From Dendrobates tinctorius (Eukaryota), in assembly GCF_039654945.1 (NCBI RefSeq), contig NW_027361863.1, positions 9,362,001-9,426,000 of the forward strand: DNA of 64,000 bases, in the 5' to 3' direction. Made by a program: the position numbers and the translations under genes. A model generated the notes under the pieces. It searched no databases. It was given only the letters and a program-made list of their open reading frames with translations, and had not been told where the DNA came from. Below are positions 52,525 through 64,000 of this stretch, in pieces (within the stretch, counting starts at the first letter, position 1; each line of letters begins with the position of its first letter).

Positions 52525-53510
52525 ACCGATGGGTCGGCATGACAACCAGAGGGCTCCTGCAGACCTCTATAGTTGTCAATGCCTGATCGCTATGAGCATC
52601 GCCTGGTGGTCGGCGCTCATAGTAAGTCAGCAACTCTGCTACATACAGGTGATCTGATTTTCGGCTTTATCTATGTAGGAGAGCAGATCGGGTTATGGTA
52701 GCATCTAGTCTTCCGTGGAGACTATTGAAGCATGCCAAAAGTGTAAAAAAAAAAAAAAAAAAAAATATAGATGTTCAAATCGTCCCCCTTTCCGCCCCAT
52801 TCAAAATAAAACAATAGAAAAAAATGAAACATGCACATATTTATCACCGCATTCAGAATCGCCCGATCTATCAATATAAGAAAATAGTTTAACCCAATTG
52901 CTGAATGGCGTAACGAGAAAAAAAAATTAAACGCCAGAATTCCTTTTTTTTAGTTGCTGCAACATTGCATTAAAATGCAATAACGGGCGATCAAAAGAAC
53001 ATATCTGCACCATAATGGTATCATTAAAAAACGTTGGCTAGGCGCACAAAAAATGAGCCCTCACCCAACCTGAAATCACAAAAAATGGAGACACTACAGG
53101 TATCGGAAAATGGCGCAATTTTTTATTTTTAACAAACTTTGGAATTATTTTTTCACCACTTAAATAATAAAGAACCTAGACATGTTTGATGTCTATGAAC
53201 TCGTAATGACCTGGAGAATCATAATGGCAGGTCAGTTTTAGCATTTGGAGAACATGGTGAAAACCCCACCTAAAAAAAAAAAACTGTAGGATTGCACTTT
53301 TTTTTGCAATTTCATCACACTTGGAATTTTTTTGTCCCGTTTTCGAGTACACGACATTGTAACACCAATGGTGTCGTTCAAAAGTACAAGTCGTCCTGCA
53401 AAAAAAACCCTCACATAGTCATTGATTGAAAAATAGTTATGGCTCTGGGTAGAAGGGGAGCGAAAAATTAAAATGCAAAACCAAAAATAGCTCTGGGCGT
53501 TAAGGGGTTA
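52525..53510. mobile_element. piggyBac-like non-autonomous element fragment
   Basis: Ends in ggggttaa; shares sequence with 61100-61427. Confidence 0.5.
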
Positions 53511-53566
53511 ACTGCATTTTTGTGAAGTGTGGTGATCAAAAAGACTGTTTTTGTTTTTCTGTACAG

Positions 53567-53805
53567 GTGGCTTAGTGGTTAGTGCTCTTGCTTTGCAGTG
53601 TTGAAATTCGGAGTTCAAATCCTACCCAGGATAACAACTGCAAGGAGTTTCTATGTTCTCCCCATGTTTGTGTGAAGTTTCTCCGGTTTCCTCCCACACT
53701 CCAAAGACATCCTGATAGGGAATCCAGATTGTGAGCCTCAATGGGGACAGTGATGTCTGTAAAGTGTTGTAGAATATGATGGCTCTATATAAGCAAGCAA
53801 AATAA
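53567..53805 (+). mobile_element. tRNA-derived SINE (V-SINE-like) with L2-derived tail
   Basis: A box tggcttagtgg, B box gttcaaatcc, body ggtttcctcccacactccaaagacat; 3' tail similar to the L2 end at 8820-8860. Confidence 0.8.
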
Positions 53806-55190
53806 ATACCGGTACATTACACTAGTCTTTTTACTATTGCATTTAGGGGAAAAGGGAGTGAGTAAAACTAAAATATTAATATATTTAATATTATTACACT
53901 TTAAATTTTTTTTTTTTTTATTATTTACATAATCTGTTTCAATCATTTGATCACTTATAATGCTATACTATAGTTCTGCAGCGCATAGGAAAAACAATGA
54001 TCTGCAGTGTCACTGTGATGAAGTCCAGTACAAGGACAAGCACCTTCAGGAGGCCCCGGCTGCTATCAACCCATTGGCACCCCACAATTGTTAGCGTACT
54101 TGGTTATTACGACCATTTAAATGCAAATGTCCGATTGACTCTGGCATCTAAATTGTTAAAGTGGTTGTCATTGTGCGCTGCGGGGATTCACCGGTTTCTG
54201 AGCCGCCGGCAGCAGGTATGTATGAGTTAGTTATACATACTCCCAGGCAGAACAGACTAGTGTGCGCAGCCTCGCTCCATGCACTTATATTGAGTGATGC
54301 TGCTCCCCATCTAGTGACACGGCTGTCCAGTGGGCGCAGCCACGCTCAGTACAGGTGGAGCGAGTCTGCGCCCACTGGTCGGTTCTGCCTGGGAGTATGT
54401 ATTAAGCATACTTTACCGCCGGACCTGGCACTGAAACCGGCTAATCTTCACCTGCCCACCGCACACACTACATGTGCTGGGGGGATTCATAAACCTTCAG
54501 TCACATAGAGGGACTGCAGACTTATTTTGGACCGGACAACCCCTCTAAAGTACCCTGGGTGTAGTAACACACCATTAGAGGCAGGTGTCTTGTGAATCAG
54601 GCAGCTGGCGCCCGTCGTGTGGAGAGTGTCCAGCTCCCGACCCTCCTCAATGTAGCCAATGGGGACATAGATGTACATCCTTCATCAGGAGACCATACAT
54701 ATTTGATGAATTGCTGCCTTTACAGGGTTCTGCCAAATGTCGAATGTCTACTACAAAAAAAGGCCCACACCCCTTCAGTATTAAAGGGTTTGTCCACGAA
54801 GACAACCCCTTCTCAATCTTTGTTTCCTTCCCAGTAGAACAATAACGCACATTTGCCTCCAGTGTCAGCACTGGCTCTTTCGGGCTCATGTGACATCGTC
54901 ATGTGATCCCTGAGGCCAATCAGCGCTACCTTCGCTTTCCCCTTCTTGCGTTTTTGACTTTTACAGCAATAGCGGAGTTCATGCGTTCATTAGTCTTTTC
55001 TTCCAGAGCAAATATAGAGGAAAAGACATCTTGAAAATGTCTGCTCCTTTTTTTTTTTCAGTGGGTATGTGAAGTACAGTATTCAGATGTACGGGACATC
55101 TTGTTCTCCAGACCTCCATTTTTGTGCTTGCGACACCATTTTGTTTTACGAGTTAAATTTTGTAACTAGGTGAAAGTTCGCGGTTGCTTT

Positions 55191-56489
55191 TGTGGCGCCC
55201 CTGAGGTTTCAGTCGCCACAGAGGTACTGCACCTCCTCCTGAGGTGTGGTGCCCACCATCCAGGTAAGGTGGGAACTCCTAACCACGCTCCAACACCTGC
55301 ATCCCACACAACACGGTAGTTCAGCAAAGCCACATTGGGGCTCCTTGCTTGGAGAGTAGCAGAGCACCTTTGGTGGTTCCCTGCTTGGAACACGAAATGT
55401 GCTGGGAGGCGGGTGGAGTTTAGAATACATAAAGAGCGGGACGAGTCAGTCAGAGAGTGGGAGAGAGTGACTCAGATAGGAGTGAGGATCCCTGGAAGAG
55501 GGATGGAGGAAGGAGTGCTGGAGCTGGCTCAGTGATCTGAGCCAGCTGGCACAGGAAAGGAAAGAAGGAGAAAGACATTAGACTGAAACCTGACCTTCTA
55601 TGAGAGAGAGTGATTAGTACGGAACGTAGGAGTAAAAGGGAACAGAGGACGTGGGTTAGAGGAAGAACCCTGCCTAGAAGTTCTAAGCGCAAGGCTGGGG
55701 CCCAGTCCCAGAGGTTGTATGGACACTAATGGTTCTACAGCAGACACCGGTGGCGTAGTGGGCTGTAAATGCACTACTCCCATCTAAGACTTGGGGGCAC
55801 AACAGCAACTTGGATAGTGAGCCGGGACTCAGGAGTAAGAAGTCCCCGAAGCAGGCTACAGCTGTCTGACGTACAAGTAGAGTTCTTGGGAATATCTGTC
55901 AGGAGGCACTCCAGTGTAACTCAGTACTAGGAGTACTTCACTTAAAGGCGCTATAGAGGAGACGTTCAGAAAGGTACATGTTGGCGGAGTGTTGGAAGGG
56001 AGCATCCTATCTTGCCTGGAGGTTGACTGAGCCCAGGACCCGGAGGACACAGCACGGAGGCAGGCATCTGTGTGAACTGCAGACTGTGAGTAAAGGTTTT
56101 TAACTACATGCCCTGGTGTCCTCCACTTATTCCCGCATCACTACACCCCGCACTACAACATCTGGGCACCGGCCTCTACAAAGCCTGTGCCTCTCCTCCA
56201 TTGCTACATCTACACTGCCCTGGGACTACAGCTCCACCTGTGGGGAGCTTCACCATCTTGGCTGCAACACACCACTAGTCCCAGAGGATCTGCATGCAGC
56301 GTCGGCCTAACACCTCACTTGCCGAACACCACGGGTGGCGTCACGAACTATTCATAAACTTAATTTCATTGTTCATTCATCCCCTTTTTTTTGCCATGGA
56401 GCCCCAGGGCCACAGACCGGGTCACAGCTTCCGTGACAACTCCCATTGAGATCAACGGGCCCGGTACAGAGTACCCTGGTGGGGCGCTC
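55191..56489. mobile_element. Solo LTR-like element
   Basis: tgtggcgcccc...ggggcgctcca termini; homologous to the 49496 copy; no clear TSD. Confidence 0.6.
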
Positions 56490-57684
56490 CACTATGAAAC
56501 CAGACTGTCCCAGTCCGAACAAGATATGAGATATGAGACCCTGAAGAATGTGCTATTGTTCTATTCTCTACGTCACGTAACTAGGGACATATTCCGATTT
56601 TCTTGCAATGCTATTGGCTTATAAAGTAAATGTGTCACGACGATGCTATTGGTAGCTATGTACTTTGCATAATTAAAATACTATAAAAAGGTGACATAAT
56701 AAACGGGGTTAGTGATCTGCCTTGATCCTCCCATACAGAGGCATACGTCTCCGTCTGGTCATTCCCAGTTGCTAGCAACGCCCTGTGGATTAATTTGGAA
56801 ATCACTTGGTCAACCATGAAGGGTTAATTTAGTCCTCCCTCAATAGCTACCTCGACAGCTATAAGTCTCTCCCCTTGTTCTATCAATACACATGTGCAAG
56901 TATCTAAAGTGTATGCCCAGCTTCACTCTGCGGACCACTGATCCATACTTGTTATGGCGCCCCCTGCTGTTTTGATTTTCTCCACGTCCACCTTGTGCCC
57001 AGTGTCCGGTGGTCACAGATGCTCAGTATCGCCAGACCGGTACTCTTGTACACTGGCCGTGTAGTGGCTTCTGCCATTGTGCACTACGAGCCGCAGGGTA
57101 TAATTATTTTTATATTTTTCCTGTCCTTTTTATATTAAATGTCTCATGTTTCTTCCAGTTATTATGGAAACGCTAGAAATATATAACACAATCCATTTAC
57201 ACTCTGGAATCACTGCTGTGACAAAGAATGGCTTCTTATATTACAAAATGGTATTTTAATTGGAGCTACATTAATATACCACACTTTCGAGTTAAAGGCA
57301 GGCACAGAAATTGCTGCCATGTAGGGAAATGCCTACTTCGCATCCGCGCAGAATTTAATCAGACACGACTTCCATTCACAGGGAGTTTCTGTTACAATGT
57401 AGGATTGTTTCATCCATAGAGTAAAGGATGTAAAGGGCAAGATTAACATATCATTTTTCCACCATTTGTGACGTGTTCTGCCTCTCGTTCCTACTGTTTC
57501 CAACACCGTATAGATTTCTTCTTTGTGATTTTTGATGTTGGACTGAATGGCAGAGAGTTGCTGGATTTTGGAAGCTTCATTTTTGGGGAGGTATGTTCTC
57601 TCCCTGTATAGGATTTGAACACCTTTTTGGGGACATTTAATAATTTTTGTTACTGGGCTTAAATAAAAATGTGGCAGTGTTTTA

Positions 57685-57723
<39 letters not shown>

Positions 57724-59261
57724 CCCCCCTTCACATTAAGGTCTGCAGAATGAGTTAGAGAACTTTTAATTTAAAAAAAAATAAAAAATTCATTTTTTGC
57801 ATTCTAAACGAGCCACATTATGATATAGTGGCTGAAGAGGGTTTTGGTTTTAATTTTTTCATCTCCTGTACTACCCCCTACATGAAGTTGGCCAATTATA
57901 AGCAGGAGCCATCATGCAGGGACGAAAAGAACACACCCTCCTTTCCTGACCTGTGCAGAAATACAGCAGAGCTTAGTTATCATTACAAATACTTCCAGAC
58001 CTCCTCTCCCAGCAGTCAGTGGGGGGGGGGGGAGAGTGAGAGCCGATGGCAATGTGGCTAAGGTCTGGAAGTGTTTGGCTGCATAGTTTTGCATCATTAC
58101 ATTGTGTAGATATATAACAAGCTGAGTTGCGCATCATTACAAACACTTCCAGATTTAATCTCGCAGTGCTGTTAGCTTTCACCCCCTCACACTGCTGTGA
58201 GATGAAGTCTGAAAGTGTTTGTAATGGTGCATAACTCAGCTCTGTTGTATCTGTAGACAAGAGCTGCAGACTTTAGTCGCTCTCTGCGGAAGCGAGTGAC
58301 TAGAAATGTGCGTCGGGGTAGTGAGATAGCTTGGTGGACTTTGCTATGGGTTATTTGTTCTGATTTACTTTTCATTACTTTACATGTATAGGTGCAACTC
58401 TGTATCAGTTGCACATTTGTGGGTACTATTACAAGTATAAAGCTTGCACCTGTTATGTGGTTGTAGATGTTCCTAGGAGCAACTAGTTAGTATCATGTGA
58501 TTCATTATATCCCTGATACTTATAAAGTCGTGATATTAGATTATAGATGTAAATCATAAGCTGATATCATTTATAAGTTTTCTCTGATTTATGAGATATG
58601 AGCCATCTGGATAACATTTGATATAGTTAATCCACATGTAAAAAAATATATAAGGACCTTATGGTGTAAACAAAACAAATATACCAATTCATGAGACAAC
58701 CCCTTTAACCCTTTCACGACATGCGCCGTACTTGTATGGCGCATGTTAGGACCTCCCTTTTGATGTGGGCTCCGGCGATGAGCCCACATCTTTTCCAGCA
58801 CGTGTCGGCTGACTTCATCAGCAGACATGTGCCCCTAACAGCTGCAGGTGGCATCACGATCCACCCACTGCTCTTAACATGTTAAATGCCACTGTCATTC
58901 TGCTCTGTGTAGAACAGATGATCAAAACATGGTATCGATTTTATATATTAAAAAAAAAAAAAGCAGCTCTGCGTATATATACTCGAGTGTAAGTCGACCC
59001 GAGTATAAGCCGAGGCAACGAATTTGGCCATGAAAAACTGGGTGGTAAACTTATTGATCTGAGCATAAGCCAGGTATGTATTGTTCCCTCATCCTTATCC
59101 TGGTATGCATGGCTCCAAATCCCCTATCCTATCCGTGTATGCACGGTTCCGAAAAAAAAAAAAAAATCCTACTTAACGTGCCTGTGCTCCCTTGCTGCAT
59201 CTCGTTCGTTCCGGTACCAGCAGCTCTTCCTGCTGAGCAATCACGTGGCCCCGCTCATTAA

Positions 59262-60868
59262 AGGGAATCTGTCACCCCATTTTTCGAAAATCAGCTGCCA
59301 GCACCGCCATCAGTGGCTTATCTACAGCATTCAGTAATGCTGTAGAAAGCCCCTGATGTAACCTGAAAAGAAGAAAAACGAATTATATTATACTAACCCA
59401 GGGGCGGTCCGCGTCCGGTTTTGGTCCGATGGGTCTAGCCGTCCGGTGCCTCCCATCTTCTAACGGTGACGTCCTCCTCTTTGCTTCCCGTTGCGGCTCC
59501 GGCGCACTCTGCTCTGCCCTGTTGAGAGCAGAGTACTGCAGTGCGCAGGTGCTGGACCAGGTCAGATAGGTCCGGCACCTGTGTAATAAATGTGCAGGGA
59601 TGAGTATGTCACCACGGAATAGACGGACCAACAGTTATAGGGGAGGTTTATTTACAGGGAATAATACAGGCAAAATAACGGTGAAGTATTGATATGAGAA
59701 CAAACACTGGAAACAGTCACAAAAGGAATAAACAGGATTTGACAATCTTATCAGTTTTCCTATGAAGGCACTTATCAGTCTGAAGAGGTCTTGATTGAAG
59801 GGTCACTCTTCTCCCACGTTGGTGCTGAATCACCAGCAGCGCTTATCGTCTGTAGTCCTTCTGTACTCTGAGTCTACATTCCTCCACTGGGATCTCAAGG
59901 GTTAATGCTGGAGGCGGAGGGGGTACTGGGCAAACGGGGTCCCCTCTGCGCTGAGTCCTTTATCTAAGCACAACAGCCTCTCCCAGGGGAAACAACACTC
60001 CGTCACCTGTTAGATCTCTCAGCACGGATCACTGACTCTGCACGTGCTGCTGTCTTCGCACGTGCTGCTGTCTTCGCACGTGCTGCTGTCTTCGCACGTG
60101 CTGCTGTCTTCGCACGTGCTGCTGTCTTTGTACTGGACACAGACTTCACATGGGGAACAGGACACACCTCATCTGTCACCGCAGACTCCAGCTTTCGTAG
60201 TCATGGGCTACGGTCTCTGCTCTGGCCTCAGTCTCTATACAGGCCTCCGCTTCTGTGCGGGTCTCAGTCTGTCCACAGGGGTCATGGCGCACCTTTGCTG
60301 TCTCCGCAGTACACAGTCTCGCATATTCACGGTCTGCTGTCTCTGTGAGCGGTACCCCAATCTTTACTCTGTGACCCGGAGCTCTGTCTCTCCCAGTCTG
60401 CGTCAGCGTCCTCCCCCGTCTGCTGCCCAGGCTGCTCTGAGGAAATTAGCACCCTGTTTTCCCGCTCTCTGCTCTGCTGGCTTCCTGTCCTCGGGCCCTT
60501 CTCTGTCCCCCGGGGAACCTGCTTCCGTGTTCAAGGTTTCCGGACATGGAGCAGAGGAGGCAGCCGTCCCTTGGCTCTTCCTGCACTTCACCCCCTTACA
60601 CCTGCGCACTCAGTACTTTACTATGCCCTCAACAGGTCAGATAAAGTGCGCCTGCTCCGGAGCCCCGACGGGAAGCAAAGAAGAGGACGTCACCGCTACA
60701 AGATGGGAGGCACCGGACTGCCTCCCTGGGTGAGTATAATATAACTCGTTTTTCTTCTCTTTCAGGTTACGTCGGGGGCTTATCTACAGCATTACAGAAT
60801 GCTGTAGATAAGCCCCTGATGGCGGTGCCGGCAGCTGATAGTCCAAAAAATGGGGTGACAGATTCCCC
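59262..60868. mobile_element. Kolobok/T2-type MITE
   Basis: TTAA-agggaatctgtcacccc / ggggtgacagattcccc-TTAA with long inverted arms. Confidence 0.85.
59582..60600. mobile_element. Solo LTR inside the T2 MITE (contains an 18-bp tandem repeat, ~5 copies, at ~60040-60127)
   Basis: TGTAA...TTACA termini; 4-bp TSD CCTG. Confidence 0.75.
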
Positions 60869-61445
60869 TTAAGGTAATGAATATTGACTCCATGCTTGCG
60901 TGAGTATGAGTAAGTAGGATGTGTGCTTGAAGCCGGCAGCTGTCACTGTGCGTTATTACAGAGAAATGAATATTCATTTCTCTTTAGCATCAGCACAGGC
61001 TTTAGCCACAGCCGCCGTGACGTGCTGCTCCCCCCCCCGCTGTCTTTCTGGGCCAACTGACTTGTGTATAAGCCGAGGGGGGTATATATATGTTATTTTT
61101 ACCACTTAAAGAACCTAGACATACTTGGCATCTACGAACTCGTAACGGCACGTCAGTTTTAGCATTTGGTGAACATGGTTAAAAAAAAAAAAATTGGAAT
61201 TGTAATTTTTTTGCAATTTCACTGCACTTGCAATTTTTTTCCCCTCGTTTTCCAGTACATTATATGGTAAAATAATTGGTGTCATTCAAAAGTACAACTC
61301 TCCCTGCAAATATCAAGCCCCCACATGGCCATATTGATGGAAAAATAAAAAAAGTTATGGCTCTGGGAAGAAGGGGAGCGAAAAACAGAAATGCAAAAAC
61401 TGGAAATGGCCCAGAGATGAAGGGGTAAGCAACCTACTAAATAAC

Positions 61446-61631
61446 CAGGGCTGTGGAGTCGGTAAGCCACACCGCCGACCTCCATTTCCCCAATTTCACA
61501 TACCGCTTCACTACTGAGCATATACATAAAGTGCAGCACTGATTCATCTCAGCTAAAAGCCGAGATTCTTAGATCAGGAACAGACATTTATAGTCCTTCC
61601 ATTTTATACTGACTCCGACTCCACAGCCCTG
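61446..61631. mobile_element. hAT MITE (same family as 30233)
   Basis: cagggctgtggagtcgg / ccgactccacagccctg; near-identical 8-bp TSD taaataac / taagtaac. Confidence 0.85.
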
Positions 61632-63109
61632 TAAGTAACCCAGCGCTGCAATCTCCGTCTCTGCCCCAGTATTGTGGTGCTGTCCGATGAGATGGCAAGA
61701 ACCTTGTTACAAAGTCTCAATTATTTTTCATATATAGTTTGAATAAAGACCTCAGTCCATCAGGTTCAACCATTCTCCACCAATTGTACATTTGATCGCT
61801 AATTTAACTATAACCCACGATGTTACTGCGTTAATTTTTTATTTTTTTTTTCGTGTGTGTGTGTAAATTTGTGACACAAATATTGTTTTGACTGATTTTG
61901 GCTTCACATCTTTTAACATGGTAGCTGAAAAAACAAGACCCACGCTCCTTGTAATCAAACTTACTCTATAGTATAGATTCTATAGTAACGTGCCCTCGCC
62001 CACTACTGCCTCATTATATCGGCCGAGCAGTAATAAATAATAGTAAATGGCTATATGTGTGACCCTCAGTGGATATAATGGCCTATTTCGTGTGCCCTCC
62101 CTGACCTGCTGACCCTTGGGTCTTCTAAGATGAGGTTTCTGTGATCCTGCTGCAGTTGCAGTAATTCCTCTTGTTTAGTTGATGGTTCGTGTAAAAATGT
62201 GATTCCAAAGAAACTACAGTTCAGCTTAGGGTTGGGCGGCACAGCCACAAAATAAAATTGAGACATGTACGGGTATGTTCACACTGGGCGTTTTTGCAGC
62301 ATTTTTTTTTTTTTTTTTCTATGCCAATTTTCCGTTGCTTTTTACAGTACCAGCAAAGCCTATGTGAGTTCAGAAATCTCATACACATTGTTTGTTTTTG
62401 TTTTTTTTTTTTGTTTTTTTTTTTGTTTGCCATCAGGATTTTGTGCTTTGCAGCATTTTTTTTTTTTTGACACAGAGCGTGTCACTTCTTTCAGCGTTTT
62501 TCACCCATTGACTTGAATGGATGGTGAAAACGCTGCAAATACTCAGGTTGACTTTTTTTGCAGCGTATTTGCTGCAGAAAAGTCAAGGACAGCCGGATGT
62601 GACCTCAGTCGGCTCCGCTACATCTAGATGGCAGGCTGCTTGATGCGTCCATACGGCCTGTCATCCAGCAGAGCGGACCTGAACCCCATTCACTTGAATG
62701 GGGGGCCCAACAATACAGTGTTTGACACGCTGTTATATGCATGACAGCGCAGCAAACACCGCTTCTGATTGCCGGGAAATCATCCCTGCCAGTCACTTCT
62801 TCACTGGCATAATCCCACGGTTCAGAGGTCGCCGCAATTCAGGCTGGTAGGGATCGCAGGCTCAGTGACGTCACTGATAGTCACTGACTCTTCACCCACA
62901 GCATCTCATTCACCAATGGTTTTCAGCTGAGACGGTCGCATCTTGGCACCGTCCAAATTGAAAACTGTATATATCCCCCAGATATGGATTACGGCATGGG
63001 ACACAACGATGGACAGGTATGTATATTGTTGCTTTTTTATTTTACTTTAATTACAGGAGATTGAGGGCTTCGCCGGAATTATATATTCGCGCGCGCACAC
63101 ACACAGCTC

Positions 63110-64000
63110 TTTATAGGTATATTTTTGCGTAAAATGTAAATTGCTCTTTTATTCTATAAACTACTAACATGTCTTCGAATTTCCAAGCACTAAATTTTGT
63201 ATTTATTTTCAGAAAATGAGAAATGGTCAAAATAACAAAAAAAAAAATGCAGAGTGCTTGCAGACCTCAAATAATGCTAAGAAAACAAGTCCATAATCAT
63301 TTAGAAACAACAATACTAATGTTTTAACTCAGGAAGAGTTCAGAAATCAATATTTTGTGGAATAACCATGATTGTTAATCACAGCTTTCATGCGTCTTGG
63401 CATGTTTTCCACCAGTCTTTCACTTCTTTTGGGTGACCTTATGCCACTCCTGGTACACAAATGTAAGCAGTTCTTCTTTGTTTGATGGCTTGTGACTATC
63501 CATCTTCCTCTTTATTCCATTCCAGAAGTTTTCAATGGGGTTCAGGTCTGGAGATTGGGCTGGCCATGATAAGGTCTTGATGTGGTGGTCCTTCATCCAC
63601 ACATTGACGAAGCTGTGTGGCATGGCGAATTGTCCTGCTGGAAAAAACAGTCCTCAGAGTTGGGGAACATTGCCTGAGCAGAAGGAATCAACTGTTATTC
63701 CAGGATAACCTTGTATGCTGCTTGATTCATACGTCCTTCGCATAGATTAACTTGCCCAATTCCAGCCTTGCTAAAGCATCCCCAGATCATCCCTGATCCT
63801 CCACCAAATTTCACAGTGGGTGCAAGACAATGTGGCTTGTACACCTCTCCAGGTCTAACCATTAGACAACCAGGTGTTGGGCAAAGCTGAAAATTAGACT
63901 CAGAGAAGATTACTTTACTCAAGTCCTCTATGGTCCAATCCTTATGGTATTTGGCAAACTTCAGCCTGGCTCTCCTTTGCTTCTCATTGATGAAAGACTT
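63110..64000 (-). mobile_element. Tc1 transposon fragment, runs off window end
   Basis: TVKFGGGSGMIWGCF and WPAQSPDLNPIENFW motifs. Confidence 0.9.

Larger units (their letters stand above)
58705..61427. mobile_element. Nest: piggyBac-like element > Tc2-like element (~58970-61080) > T2 MITE > solo LTR
   Basis: ttaaccctttcacgac...gatgaaggggtaa outer ends; internal tataagccga motifs as in the 25969 element. Confidence 0.55.

Noticed and set aside
53567-53640. tRNA gene
   Set aside because: The A/B boxes run on into a SINE body and L2 tail, and there is no intact cloverleaf.
60044-60733. 229-aa ORF
   Set aside because: It starts in an 18-bp tandem repeat inside a solo LTR, crosses into a MITE and has no recognisable domain.
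38680-64000. ARHGAP19 exon 3 (KGVIFGSPLTEEG-like)
   Set aside because: Not found by eye or in the ORF track. It probably lies beyond the window, although a short exon could have been missed.

Overview
Vertebrate genomic DNA, very probably a frog judging by its repeat families. The only host gene recognised is ARHGAP19 (+ strand): a TATA-less promoter with tandem CCAAT boxes and a CDE/CHR element, coding exon 1 (17864-17910), a ~20.5-kb intron 1, coding exon 2 (38414-38679) and part of intron 2. I did not find exon 3 in the window. Most of the rest is nested transposable elements: two PIF/Harbinger elements (one with transposase plus MADF remnants, one MADF-only), many Harbinger, hAT, Kolobok/T2, Tc1/mariner and piggyBac-type MITEs, L2 LINEs, a V-SINE, a decayed hATm-like transposase, Tc1 elements, a young chromodomain Gypsy with near-identical LTRs, solo LTRs and a Penelope-like element with inverted pseudo-LTRs. 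The most notable observations are: (1) a 3.4-kb, 30-bp minisatellite next to the ARHGAP19 promoter that appears to have grown out of a Tc1 transposase HTH coding segment; (2) a tRNA-independent self-priming PBS in the Gypsy element; (3) a hammerhead-like motif with a swapped G3-C8 core pair in the Penelope pLTR; (4) a probable DIRS-L2 chimeric insertion inside a four-level TE nest; (5) an hATm-like transposon. Family assignments rest on remembered motifs, not database searches.
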